Shown here one piece after another: positions 24,194 to 37,353 of a stretch of DNA of 64,000 bases. The notes under the pieces were generated by a model that saw only the letters and a program-made list of their open reading frames with translations, made no database searches and was not told the DNA's origin. The DNA is taken from NCBI GenBank assembly GCA_010093995.1, contig ML992506.1, positions 630,551 through 694,550 of the forward strand. The letters are read 5' to 3'. Numbering within the stretch: position 1 is the stretch's first letter; every line of letters begins with the position of its first letter. This DNA is from Elsinoe ampelina (Eukaryota). Both the position numbers and the translations under genes were made by a program.

Positions 24194-27100
24194 TGTGTGA
24201 AAGGTACTGCTAGTAGCTAGCAATCTTGAGAATCCGAGGAGAGGTGGAGGAGGCGAGGTTGAAATCAACCACTGCCCTGGTGGCGATGTGAAGGATTGTC
24301 TTCACACAGGACTGTCGGGTCCAGAAAGATGGCCGGGAGTTTGGCTTCCTGCAGTGTCACTCTGATCCCAGCAATGCCGTAGGATTGTGCGACGTGAGAG
24401 CCTGTTCGGGACGTTCGAGGTCCAAGATCCACTGGTCGGGTCTTTGAGGGTGTCGCGGGACTGGCTAACAATGGCTATGTCCCTCCGAGTCGACTTTTCG
24501 ATACTGATATCGCTGATTGATCCGACACGTAGACCGGAATGAGTGACTCGAGTATCCGTCTTAAGACTCCCTCCCTAGAATTAGAATATCGAACAGAATG
24601 TTGGGCTGACGGGGTTGCGTAAGTGTGTGGTGAGAGGCGCGGGGCAAGCTGAAGATGCAAGGAGGCCGCGTCGAGGTTACACACAGATGCAGAAGACCTT
24701 GTTCTGTCCGAAAGGAGTGTATGTCTTGCTGCAGGTGAACAAAGCAAGGACGGAAGAGAAGTGAAGAAGGGAACAAGTCGGATCAAGAACCCAGGTTGGT
24801 GGAGGTGAGTAGGAATAGGATGGGTGGAAGGGTCAGGACGCGGCGTCGATCACTCTCAGAAGGGGATGCCCAGGTAAAGTAGAGAGAGCCGGTGAGATAT
24901 GGGAAACAGTGGTGCCCGGGACCGTTTACATGGATAGCATCATCACTAGGCACCGCATGGTCGAGAGGAAAAAAGATGCCGTTATGCCCGTTCACTAACC
25001 ATCAATGGTAAGACTATCTAGATGGGCCCCATTATCCAGCGGTGCCACCGGCCACGGTCTCTGGCTGTGTGGTACCCTGCTCTTCCCCACAACGGTGAAG
25101 GAATCGGTCGTTCATTCCTTCCAATTTGGCGGGCTACAGCTCAGGAAAAAAGTCTCTGGTAGCTGGGTCTCGCAGGTCTGCCGAGCTGAGAATCTCCAGC
25201 TCCAAAGAGCGTATTTGGGTCGATAGAGTCCGAGCGTCGCTCAGGCCCTCCATGCCGCCCAAGTGTACCACGATTGGGCCCTGTGCCGCCGGAGATCGCG
25301 TCCACGGCTCGTCCGCGCCATGGCGAAAAACCACAGGCGAAGAGGAGTCCAATGCCGTCGCATCAGGCGGTGCCACATCAGTCAGTGGAACCGAGCATGA
25401 GACTTCTCGAGGCCGACCACAGACAGGCCGCCTATCTGTGGCATCCAACATGCATACTGTAGTCTGACTGCATGCAGCTTGCAGACCCAAGCACCTTCCG
25501 ATTTGCTCATTCAACGTTCAACAGCATTGTCATCAAGAGCTAAGAGCTAATCGGCAGAGTCTGTTTGCATTGTTGCCGTAGCCGCACGACGGTTGAACGT
25601 GAGAGATCCCACGTGCCGCCACAAACGGTGTATCAAATCGTCTGGCCGTGGCAGACGCCCAAGACCATGTCAATCACCGGGCTACAGCTTGTCTTTTTCG
25701 ATCTGGTACGGATTGCAGGTTGGAACGAGCTCGCAGCTGTGGATTTCTCAGGACCAACATGTGACTAAAGGTCAAGTGCAAGCCATTGCAGATCCACGAC
25801 TCGCCTTGCTACGCGGGCATGTCCTAGCGAAATGATCAGACGTGGGTCCATCCAAAAGCCACTTTACGCCTCGCGAATCATTTGCTTGTCCATTGGATTT
25901 GCAGGGATCATCCCGAAGCGTGCAAATCCTCTCTCATCGTAGCCAGATTCCTGGGACGCTCTGTTTCTGAGTGCGAGGTCTTCAAGTCGGGTTCCCTGTC
26001 ATGCTCATTGCGGGATCCTGGCTTGCGTACCTCGGTGGAGTTTGTGACCCTTTTCGACTTCATCTATCTGCCTTTACCTCATAGTGCTCATGACAAAGCC
26101 CTACTCCTCTTCTCCACATCCGATGCCCAATTGACGAACTGGACACCTGAGAGGTACATCTCTCGCTGTACTCGACTGTGCCGCCTCGGCCGCACGGGGC
26201 TTTATCCACGCATGGGATAAATTTCACTTCTTTCACCCGTACCTGCAGCATGGCTGCATCGGCTTCGAGCTAAGAGTCAGGTCCAGGGACGACGCGAACA
26301 CGTCGTCTGTGATCCCCTTGCTGACCGACTCTTGTTTCGTCAGGCCGCATCCACCGTCGAGGCTCTTAGCCTCTTCCCTGCACGCTGGGCCACCGCTTGT
26401 GCGAGACCAGATCCCCAAGAGGTCAATGCTGGTCGACTACTGCCGCCAATTCCCCGATGATCAAAAGGCTAAAATGCACCGAAGCTCGAGCTTCATCGTC
26501 TCCACTCCCTTGCTTGACTCTTGTCGCAGTTACCATTTTTGGCCCAAAGCTCTCCAAGCTATTGCAGCAGACAACGAGGAATCGCAAGCAAGAGCACGCG
26601 ATGCCAAATCTTCTCCATCGTCTTGCGTACCCACAAGGCTTCGATAGATTCGATCGATAGTTTTCTGCTGGTTATTCTTGCCTCTCCAGCGAGTCCGTCG
26701 TGGATCTGCTGGCCTGGCCCAGCTCAGCTCGTTGACGTTGCTCGGTCTCTTAGCCGTTGACACCGATCCCTGGATGGTCTCGTCACTTTTGACATCTCCG
26801 CCGTTGATTGCTGTGCAAACGTTGCATCTGCCCTCATGCGAACGCTTCAATCACAGCCATCTCAAGCAACGGTCCTGCTGCTGTACTGCCGGACCGAACA
26901 CAAACTCAACCTCGGTCTATCTGCTTCACTGCACTCGACTCCACTCCCGCCCAGTATCTACTGTCCCTGAGGACCGACACGTCCCAAGCCCTTGGGAAAG
27001 GCCCTTTTCCACCATCCACGGATCAAAGCAGTTCGACTATTCTCCCGACGGCTGATCAGACCAAAACCCAGCCCTTGATGCTCACCCGCTACCGCGCCGT

Positions 27101-28784
27101 GGTTGACCTGCACGCCCGGTATCCACCCCACACCCCCCTACGAACCTCAAACCCTAGTGGCACTGAGAGAAACATCCACGCAAACAAACCACTTTCGTCC
27201 CCGTTGATAAGTCAGAACTTTGCAGGTGTTCACTCACACAGATCAGATGATTGTCTCGGACATCTTCTCGCAGGAAAAAAAACCGTCATCGACTCACTAA
27301 TCACTATCTGCCTGTCAACGTTGCGCCTCACCGTCTCCCCCCCGGACCAGTTGCCTGATGCAGCTTGCCTAGGGCTTCCGAGTCTACAACGGTGGGCGGG
27401 ACAGACCCATCTCGACCCCAATACTCAATCTGCGATCGACTTTGTATCGGAAAACGGTCCGACTGTTCTGCTGTATTGATGCTTGACATCGAGAGCGTGC
27501 GTGCGCAAGTGGCGACCTTGACATCTCCCCTTTTTGCAGATCTGGTTCACAAAGCCACGCGACCAATCTTGTGGTCAAGCCACTTCCTGACCTGCATTCT
27601 CTCGTTCCGGACGGGTTGAGACAGAAGGTGGTTGCGTTGATCCTTCGTCCTTGGCGGGGTCGTGTCTTGTCTATGTGTCTGCTAAACTAGTATTCGTAGT
27701 CGCCGATGGCCCGTTGCTGTGATGGGGTTCTTGACTTCCGGTATGTGTACCTCGGCATGCTCACAGGTGAGATGGCTCTTCGGTGATCCCCACTTGACAA
27801 TGTCGTGGGCCGCCATGCACACGTTGCCTCGCTCGCTTGACTGGACCCATATCCATGTGGTTGTTCCGGATCGACCAGGTGGGATCGACAGGAGATTTCC
27901 CCCAGCTTTTCGCTTGTCGCTCGTCGAAAGATGGCAGAGGTGGCGATGCTTACTGGAGGAGCTGATCGAAGAGATTGTGCTCCGGCTGGTCTCCGTCAAG
28001 TACGTCGAGGGCGCCACCTGCTTGTTCTCTTGGATGCTCGCCTGTGCCTGTGATCCTCACATGCTTGCCGGCCTCGGCATGATCGCACCTTCTTGAGATA
28101 TTGGAGCAGTATCGTCTTTACCATATGGAATGCCAAGGTCACGACGGAGCCAAAGGGGACACTATTCAGCAATATGTCTTTGGCGATGGTATCATGTCGA
28201 GCATTGGAGCAATGGATGATAGACAGTGCAAACCGAAGTATGGCTAAGGTCAGTATGTCAGGCAATGTGGCGAGGCCGGAGCTTCATGCGTGGACAATAA
28301 GGCATACCCCGAGTTCTTCTTCAATCCTTACCACAGCCTCTCGACTGCTTCTTCATGGCTTGTCCACAGCTTCTTTATGATGTCCGCGACACAATTGGGT
28401 CCAGTTTGGATTTCATTTGTTTGGTGTCATTATACCGCCCGTTCTTTCTGCGTCCTACCGAAAGCCACTATGCTTGACCACGACGAATGAATGAACAGGG
28501 TCGGATATATGGTCCTGATGTAACGATGATGTGGAATCAGAGTGATGACCAGGGGAGACAAAGAAGCGTATGACCGGTCGTACATTGGCTTTCTATGAAT
28601 AGTCATGGTATGCGAGCGTGTAATCCAATAAATTTCGACAAACTATCTATATGGTCGGTCTATGGGGGTGTGAGATATCTGGATACAATCCATTCCCGAA
28701 CCCCACTGCCAGTAACGACTGTGTCCAGGAAGCGATATCTTCCTAGGAGTGATGTATGCGCTCTTGTCGAGCAGCATGAAGCCT

Positions 28785-29249
28785 CTATGGGTTCCCAGAA
28801 GCAGAGCCCCCAGGGGCAGAACCTCCAGGGGCAGAACCTCCAGGGGCGGGGGCTGGAGCTTGAGCCGGCGCAGGAGCTGCGGGCCCAGCAGCGGCTTGCT
28901 GTTGTGCCAGATAGCCAGCATCTATTGCCGACCTGTGCTGCTGGTTCGCCTGGGAAGCAGCACCTTTGGTGGGATATGTGTTTCTGGTGTCCGTGACTTG
29001 AAGTGTGTTGCCTTTGCCCATATGAGCAGTACATACGCCATTCGTCCACGCCGCACAGTTCTGCAGGACGGCGCTTTGCTTGGCTGGATCCATTTTATGC
29101 CTGCTAGGCTCCCAGGATGAGTTGTCTTTCCGACTGGAACCAATAACACTTGTATATTTGGCATTGTATTGCACCTTGCCGCTCGGTGCAGCCAAGATGG
29201 TGCATACGAGTAATAGGGTGATGGTTAGGATAGAGTGGATCCCAATCAT
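28785..29249 (-). CDS. Small secreted protein, effector candidate (154 aa)
   Basis: Signal peptide MIGIHSILTITLLLVCTILA-AP, two Cys in the mature part (CAAWTNGVC), and a Pro/Ala/Gly tail with (APGGS)x3 encoded by a 15-nt tandem repeat at about 28800-28850. Confidence 0.7.
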   Translation of the reverse strand: MIGIHSILTITLLLVCTILAAPSGKVQYNAKYTSVIGSSRKDNSSWEPSRHKMDPAKQSAVLQNCAAWTNGVCTAHMGKGNTLQVTDTRNTYPTKGAASQANQQHRSAIDAGYLAQQQAAAGPAAPAPAQAPAPAPGGSAPGGSAPGGSASGNP

Positions 29250-30194
29250 TGTAGGAGTATGGCTGGTTAATGTTCTGGTAGACCGGGCAGGATCTCGATG
29301 ATGATCAGTATTGGTGTAGTGGTGTCAGAGAAGATGCTCAGAGAGGTTCTGGATAGATGTCTCGTAAGGTGAGGAAGAATCCGGTGCTGAGGTGCAGATG
29401 GGATTTGAGTTGATATTGTGAACTGCCCATACCGACTGCGACGCTGCGATTTATATTCTCCATTTCCCATTACCTGGCCTATACTACCATACCATATATC
29501 ATTGGCAAAAGATACTAATTGTGGTATCAGCATGTCTGACACAGAAAGGAGCGCGGGACAGGTCGTCAAGAGGCAATCTTTGATGACCACGTCCGGTGGA
29601 ACAGCCAGATCGGATCGTGGGATCTCTGCGATATGGTGTACGTTGCGTGCCTGGGCCCATGACAATACAATGGAACCCATGTCCGTGCCAATTCACTTGA
29701 AATCAGAGCCATCGATCTGTCCTGATGTTGACCGGAGCTGCACTTTTACTGTAACATAGGGAGGCGCTGCTGTGCGAAGTGATGGAAGGAAGGCGTGGAA
29801 GGTTCAGATCGTGGGGAAGGATTGGGAGGATGCAGCCGCCTGAACCGGTGAAGAACCACGGCAGGGTTTCCTTGTTTCACGACCCAAGTCGTTTAATCTT
29901 GACCAGTCGTATATAGCAAAGCCTTATGGTTGGTTGTTCAGCTTCTCTTGCCCATGCCACACAGGCTGCGCCCCTCCAGCTTTGCCTAAATTTGTCCTCG
30001 CGCCAGCACATGAAGGCACATACGTATACCTTCAGAGATATCCAGCAAGGAATTCGTGCTGCTGTCATTCTTGGTTTCGACAGCATCAGCAATTCAGACA
30101 CTTATCGACTCTCGACAAGGTAAAACACCTCGCCGTCGACCGGGATCCCCGTGATCGATACCAATCGAAGATCAATCAAAGTTGCAAGATCACC

Positions 30195-31004
30195 ATGCCT
30201 GGATTCCCCGATCTACCCGCAGAGCTCCGCGATGCTATTTGGCAGGCTGCACTACCTGAACATCTTTACTCCGGTATATATCGCTGGCACCCCGGCTTGT
30301 GGAGCTGGGACCTCGTCCCAGAAGGCGACATTGAATATTGCGCGAACTTCCCAGACAGTCTGAGATTGGAATTCAACTACAGAGACTTTCGCGGTCCCTC
30401 CTTCAACGCGCCTATGCTGTTCGTCAACCACGAATCCAGAAGTGTCTTTCTCAGCGAATTGCGGAAGCTGAAGGTCACCCTGGTAGAGGTGGAGAATGAC
30501 AGCAGTCGGCGATTTCGACGTCTGTTCAGAGTCGAGCGAGACGTCATGTTCATAGCGAGCGATGATTCGCTGGAGTTCGGGGAAGAAGCCGAAAAGATTG
30601 CTTGGGCGCATTTCATGGATCGGAGCACCGGTAAAACACCTACTCGTTTCACAATCGCTGTGTCGGAGTCATTGATACGAGACCGAGGCGTAGATGCTTT
30701 GGCGGAAGTGCTGGGAGACGAATGGGCTGTCTGGCCGTGGGCCATCTATGTAGTCAAGATGCAAGATGCGCAGGCATCTATTGATACGGCATCGGCATCT
30801 GGAGCAGTCCTGCAGGTGGCAAACATCAGCACCTGGTTCATCCACTGGAGTGTCAAGGCGAGGACCATGGAAATTAGGGGTCCTGCCAGTGAAGATGCTA
30901 CTCGTCTGCTGGAGGATATACGTGCAATATGCGACGGTCGAGACATCGAATATGACCATCACGAGGATATGGAGATCCGCACGGCCGAGGTCGTTGTGAA
31001 GTAA
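30195..31004 (+). CDS. 2EXR-domain protein
   Basis: N-terminal FPDLPAELRDAIWQAALP and PMLFVNHESRSV, followed by F....DVMFI, characteristic of the fungal 2EXR family. ATG in a CACCATG context. Confidence 0.75.
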   Translation: MPGFPDLPAELRDAIWQAALPEHLYSGIYRWHPGLWSWDLVPEGDIEYCANFPDSLRLEFNYRDFRGPSFNAPMLFVNHESRSVFLSELRKLKVTLVEVENDSSRRFRRLFRVERDVMFIASDDSLEFGEEAEKIAWAHFMDRSTGKTPTRFTIAVSESLIRDRGVDALAEVLGDEWAVWPWAIYVVKMQDAQASIDTASASGAVLQVANISTWFIHWSVKARTMEIRGPASEDATRLLEDIRAICDGRDIEYDHHEDMEIRTAEVVVK

Positions 31005-31096
31005 TTCATATCAAGTTTGATCGTCGGGATGTTACGAGTACTGGCAGGACATTCATGCTCGCCAGGTCATGTTGTATTGAAGACTTAAGGATTGCC

Positions 31097-32072
31097 TTAT
31101 ATAAATATATCCGAGTCCATTTCTTCAAACAGATCCTTCCCGCTATCGTCTCCCAGAATTGCCTCACCGTCGGTGATTCTGACGGGCGTCAGTCTTACCC
31201 CGGGTCCACCCTTCAGCAGCTTTCGGAACTTCAGATACCAGAGTCTTTGCTCGTTTTGCTGTCTCTCATTTCCTTCTTGATCAGGTCTAAATCTCGTTGC
31301 TGCTGAACCGAGGCTGGTGGAATTGTTCTTGCTCATTATGCTGCTTATCATGGGTGAGAAGACGGAATGAAGCGCGAAAGCCTGGGAGAGGTTTAGCACG
31401 AGACATGGTGAGTAACGAGTGCACGAATGTGGATACTCGCAGAGCCTGAGGCTTCAACGCGGCCGGTGCTAGTTCGTCGAGCCTGACGAGATTCTTGTCT
31501 TTCTTTACTTTGACATCCGGGGATGGGCTGGTCAGTCGAGGACACAGAATCGTCCGCACGGCAGCATCGAGAATGTCGACGATTCTGCGGATCGACAACA
31601 TGCCATCCTCCTCATCTGGTGCTTGGGCGCTGATTGCAATTTCCGCTCGAGAGGTCTCAGGAGCGAGTGATGAATAGTCGTCGAAAAGATCATTGACAGT
31701 GTCGTTCTTGGAATGAACCTTCCTGTCGTCATCGAAAAGATCTTCGTGCCTGTCATCGTCGAAAAGATCTTCGTCACTATCATCGTCAAATAGGTCAAGC
31801 ATGTCGATATCGCCCGCGTCCGCAGGATCGTCTTTGGATAGATCTATTCCGCTATCGAAACGACGCCTCGTCTGATTTCGATTCGACGCTCTCGTCGTGT
31901 GTCTACAGAAGCTGCATCTGATCTTGACGCTTTCCAAATTGCAAGCAGGTACACCCAATGGTGCTTGCGTGCATTGTGGCATGGAACGGTTATAGATCCT
32001 GTGTGATGCTCTTCGAGTCGATATAGAAGCAGTGTCATGGTCGTTTTGCGTGGAATGAAGAGACAGGACCAT
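31097..32072 (-). CDS. Hypothetical protein with acidic DLFDDD repeats (5' end uncertain; possibly extends to about 32470)
   Basis: 261-aa ORF joined by intron 31436-31382 (GTATCC...GCTAAAC...CAG) to the 31097 ORF: LDELAPAALKPQALR|AFALHSVF...RLW. An overlapping 208-aa upstream ORF in another frame may supply the true 5' exon. Confidence 0.55.
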
Positions 32073-32767
32073 TCGAATGACCTTATCTCCCGCAACAGGA
32101 TCTGTGTACTCTGATGAAGTGTTGTACTGTAATTGAGACCAAAGCTTGAGTCGGCATCAGTAGTCTGGCTCTGCAATGTCCGTCTTTGCGATACCTCTGA
32201 GTTTGCTAAAGTCTCGACAATCGCTCTCGTTGGCCAGCTCGTGGATGTAGAGAAGACCTCATCGTCGAAATTGAGTTCGATGGAGATGCGCATCGTGGTC
32301 GGCTTAGGTATCCATACTTGCCTCTGGCAGATATCTGCTACTGGGAGCTGTCGCAACTCGTCACTGAGACCAGATAGGCTCGCCTCGTATCTCACATTGC
32401 ATTCAATTGCAGCGAGTCGGTGACATGCCTTGATGGAGCCGAGAACCACCTCACATGACATGTCTGACACGGCCTCATTTCTACCGTCTGCAAAGCTAGA
32501 AAGCAGGTCTCGAGGTCGCCTTTAGAGACTTCGGATGCGGACAGTGACGATTTCGGACTAGCGTCGGATCGAGCGCACGAGCCGCAAGTGTTCCCCGGAT
32601 GTGGGCAGATGGCGGCGTCATTCACACTGCCCTGCCACCCTCTACCAAGACTCCGAGACCTCAACAGGACCTCAATTTTCCTCTATTCACCTCTTCCGAC
32701 AAGGCATGATCGAGCGGTGGCACGGATGCCGGCTGTAATCAGCGACAAATATCTTCAAACGCACAAC

Positions 32768-35467
32768 ATGACCGAATCACGAGGAAGCCGGGATGCCTCC
32801 CCCACTAGGGAAGACGAACCGCTCTTATCAGCACAGAACCAAACTGCGCAACCCGACTTAGAGGCGTCTGAAGCGACACCGCTCCTATCACGACCAACAG
32901 AGGACTCGGGAGCCAGTCAAACGAGGCGGAGCTCTGCGGCATCTCTTCTCAAGTCTATTCAGAGCGACGGCAAGAGTCGGCGAAGATGGCCAAGCCTCAT
33001 TGCGCTACTCTTGTTATGCGCCGTGGTTATCGTGATCATGGTCCTTGGCTTCTTGACTCCGGAAGCAATACACGAGTATGCCATGGAGGCTGCCAAGTTT
33101 GAGCCGACGAGTCTGTCAATCCAGGAATTTACCGCCAGCGGCGTCAGAGCAAGAGTACAGGGAGACTTTAGCATGGATGCTAGCAAAGTCAAGAAGCAGT
33201 CTGTTCGGAATCTTGGACGATTGGGCACGTTTGTGGCCGCAAAGGTGGAGACCGGAAAGTCGTTCGTCGAGGTATCCTTGCCCGAGTACGGAAATGTAGT
33301 GCTTGGTACAGCCGAGATACCGCCCATCGTGGTAGACGTCAGGAACGGACATACCACTCACGTCGACGTCGTCGCGGATTTGACACCTGGCGACTACGAT
33401 GGTATCAGACGGATCGTAAAAGGCTTGATTGAGCATCGGATCGGACAGCTACGTGTGATGGGTAAAGCCCAGGTACCGCTAAAGTCTGGACTCATATCGC
33501 TTGGCGAGCAAGCCATATCACAGTCTCTGCTGTTCGAAAACAACGACATTCCGAAACTTCCTCAGTATGACGTTAAGAAGATTCAGTTCCATGATATCGA
33601 TCTTCCTGGTAAAGAGGGAGCAGTGGCTGCGGACGCACAAGTTGTGCTGAAGAACGACTATCCCGTGGACATCCGTCTGCCACCTCTCGGCTTTGAAGTC
33701 CTGGCTCCTAATTGTCACCCTGACCAGCCACGAATCAAACTTGCATACGTATCTTCAGAGCCACTTCATGTATCTCCGCACAAGGACATCGAAGTCGATC
33801 TTCTCGGCGTGGTCCACAAGCTACCGAACGACTTTACGACAATCTGCCCAGATAAGAAGGACTCGCCAATGGATCAATTAGTAGGCAACTACATCCATGG
33901 CAAGGACGTGACAGTCTATGTTAGAGGATCTAGTGCGCCGTCAGACAAGGTCCCCAAGTGGATCTCTGACATGATCTCGGAAGTGACCGTTCCAATTTCG
34001 GTTCCGGGCCACACCTTCGGACATCTGATCAGGAACTTCTCTCTCGCAGATGTCCACTTTGGGCTTCCTGATCCTATGGCCGACGAAGACTCGCCTGAGG
34101 CGAACCCGACAATCTCTGCTGTAATTAGGGCGATAATTGCTTTACCGGAGCAGATGAATCTCAACTTGAGCGTGCACAACGTACGAGCAGATGCGGACGT
34201 CTTTTACAAGGGGAAGAAGTTGGGCAAACTCGACCTACAGAAATGGCAGGATGCCAATTCTACTATGTTGGAGACCAAGGCACCAGACGGCAGCCCTCAG
34301 CTCCTTGTGCAATCGCGTATCGACAAGGCACCACTGGAGATTACAGACGACAACGTCTTTACAGAAGTCGTTCAAGCTCTACTCTTTGGGGGCAGCAGAA
34401 TTGTTCTGGGCATTCAGGCAGATGTCGATGTCAAGCTGGAGACTGCTCTAGGCGTGCTCACGGTCAGGAAGGTTCCTGCCGAGGGCCGCGTTCCTGTCAA
34501 ACGTTCGTGAAGCCCATCTCCTTTGAGTGTAAAGTCTCACCAGCGTGTCCTTGGTTGCGGTCTACTGACACTTCGTTTCACAGCTATCGGTAAGAAAGCT
34601 AGTCTCGCAACTGTAAAGCCGTCTGTAGGCCAACTTCAGATTCTCGACACAACGAAGACGTCCTTGACGCTTTCTGCCCTTGTCAATTTCACCAACCCTA
34701 CCGATTACTCTGCCAGCCTGTCATATGTTGATATCCAATTGTGGAAGAATGGGTCAGTGTTGGGGCACGGCACTATTCAACATGTCCAGATCAAGCCTGG
34801 GAACAACACAAACCTACCGGTGATTGCGGTGTGGGACCCACTGACAATGGGAGGCTCTATCGCTCACCAGGTGGGCGTTGACTTCTTGTCACAATTCATC
34901 TCGGGTTTCAACACAACCATTACCGTTCGAACGCATGCTGGCACAATACCCTCCCAACCAGCTCTTGGTCGGGCGCTCGCTGCGTTCCCAATCGAGATAC
35001 CCACGCCGGATCTTCTGTCGTCACCGGATGATGGCGAAGACGATGAGAATCCAGATCCATCAGACCCTAGACCTGATGATCCGGAGAAGGAGAAGAAGGG
35101 ACCTCACTTCATTTCCGATGCAACGATGCATTTACTCTCGTCGAGCGCAACCTTCACCTTACATTCTCCACTACGCACATCCACTCTCTACATCACAGAT
35201 ATCAATGCCACAGCATTATACAAAGGCGACAAGGTGGGTCACATCGATTATGACCTGCCCTTCGCCGTTCCGCCCTCGATCCCCGTGGTCTCACCAAGCT
35301 TGCCAGTAGACTGGAGTTTAGGCAGCGTTGGATACGACGCCATTCGCCACGCAGTAGGAGGCAGCCTGAAATTGTCCGCAGAAGCAATTGTCGGAGTCAA
35401 GCTAGGCTTATGGGAAGAGCGGATCTGGTACAAAGGCCGCGGCATCGGGGCGAAGATCAGACTGTAG
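32768..35467 (+). CDS. Single-pass membrane protein with repeated beta-rich luminal domains (DUF3712/LEA-2-like; Tag1-like)
   Basis: N-terminal acidic dileucine signals (EDEPLL, EATPLL), one TM segment (LIALLLLCAVVIVIMVLGF), VNFTNPTDYSA, and C-terminal GRGIGAKIRL. Intron 34503-34583 joins the two ORFs. Confidence 0.8.
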
Positions 35468-35641
35468 ACTTCTTTGTACATGATAACGATTCCACCTTCC
35501 ATCCCTGGTGCGCACCACACAGAGTGCATGCCCATCCCCTCAGTGTACCGCTGTGATCATACTCGCCATCGCTGGCACCCATCAATCCCTTGGCTTTATC
35601 ATCCCCTCGCGCCCCTTGCTCCCATCGCCCGATCCCCTGCC

Positions 35642-36100
35642 TCACGTCACCTTCTCGACCCTCTTCACCCCCTCATCCACCCCCTCCCTCGCCCCCTGAA
35701 ACACCCGTCCCCAAACCCCCGCAACCCTCTCCTCCACCTCCTCCCTCACCCCCCTCCAATCCGTCCCATACACCTTCCTCAGATTCCCCTCCAGCTCGCG
35801 GTTCCACCTCTCCTTCAATCTCTCCTGCAGACCAGGCACCGCCGTCCGCGCCGTGCTGGGCGGTGGGGGGAGGGTGGGCGCGACGGCGCTGTCGAGGAGC
35901 GCGGCCTGTTGGCGGAGGAGGAGGGCTTGGGTCTGTCGGTTGCGGGTGTGCAGGGAGAGGGAGAGGTAGATGAGGGTTGTGGTGAGGGTTATGCCTCCTA
36001 GCCGGGGGGATGTTAGTACGGGTCAGGAAAGGGCAGGTTGTGGGGAGGAGGAGTGGAGAGGCCAGGAGGGGAGACGTACGAAGCCGGTTGTGAAGCCCAT
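35642..36100 (-). CDS. MIC12: MICOS complex subunit Mic12 (Aim5-like)
   Basis: MGFTTGF|LGGITLTTTLIYLSLSLHTRNRQTQALLLRQQ...LKERWNRELEG...TDW. Intron 36079-36002 has a GTACGT donor and a TACTAAC branch point, but ends in GG rather than AG (see findings). Confidence 0.8.
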
Positions 36101-36472
36101 GTTTGGGCTGGGCGGTGTGGTGCGCGAAAAGGTGGAGAGAGCCAATTGGTATGGCGGTAGCTGTCGCAGATGATTCCCAGGGGCTGCAGGTGCAACGTGA
36201 GGTGGGGGAAGTGGTATGGACTGGTTTGTTGAGTGTTGGAGCGCGAGGCCTCGGATGATGTCGTGAAGCTCCGGGATGTCGAAAATTTCCTAATCAGGAC
36301 GTCAACTTTGACCACTGAAGAACTTCTTGCGCCTACTTTACTGCACTCCAATACCACTATACACGTCTCACTACCTGTTGAATACGCATCTGCTCTCCAG
36401 ATCCAACATTCTATTGTCTGGAACCATCTAGATCACCTTGTCGAGCAGCCACACCCCCAATCAACCACCGCC

Positions 36473-37353
36473 ATGGCAGGCGGGCACATGAAATACCGCA
36501 CCCTGTCGCGACACTCGGCACACCGACAAGCACTACTCCGAAATCTCGTCACAGCTCTTTTCAAGCATGAATCGATAACGACGACATGGGCGAAAGCAAA
36601 GGAAGCACAACGGATGGCAGACAAGCTCGTCACACTAGGGAAGCGCAACACCGAAGCAGCAAAGAACAAGGCAAAGGGGATATTCTATGTACGTTCCACA
36701 CTACACTCTCCTAACCAAATCCCGTATCCCCGTCCACATCTCACCTCCTCCTACCCGGCCTACCCATCCCTCCCCCTCCCCTCTCCTCCCCTCCACCTCC
36801 CTCTCCCCACTCAAGCTACTCCCTAACATCCCCCCAGGATCCCACCCTCCTCCCCAAACTCTTCACCACCATCCGCCAACGCTACCTCACGCGTCCCGGG
36901 GGCTACACGCGCGTCCTCCGCCTCGAACCCCAACGCGAAGACCAATCCCCCTCCGCGATCCTCGAACTCGTCGACTCGCCCCGAGACACCCGCTTCGCCC
37001 TCACGGCGCGCACGCTCGCGACCCAACGCCGGCTCTCCCCTTCCTCCACCCCCAACGAACTCACGCAAGGCAACGTGCTAAAGGTGACGCGGTTTCGGGA
37101 CAACGGCGCCGAAGAGCTCGAAGAAATGGTCAAGAAGTTCGAGTGGCTGGATGGGAAGCGGGAGTGGGCTGAGGGGGAGAGGGCCAGGGAGGAGGAGAAG
37201 AGGTTTAAGGAGGGCAAGGTGGGGGAGGTGAGGAGGAGCAGGGTGCCGAAAAGGTGGCGGGAGAGGGAGGAGTGGGAGAGGTGGGTTGTGGATGAACGGG
37301 AGGTGGAGGGGAAGGAGAAGGTGTATCCTCCGTTGGAGAGGACGAGGATATGA
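36473..37353 (+). CDS. MRPL8: Mitochondrial ribosomal protein bL17m (yeast Mrpl8-like)
   Basis: [42 protein letters not shown], intron 36689-36837, then LPKLF...[15 protein letters not shown]...SAILELVD. Confidence 0.92.

Noticed and set aside
27682..28420. Possible decayed minus-strand gene
   Set aside because: Short fragments in different frames with no recognisable homology.
35861..35880. Suspected frameshift in the MIC12 G-run
   Set aside because: On recount the run is six G and the frame is intact.
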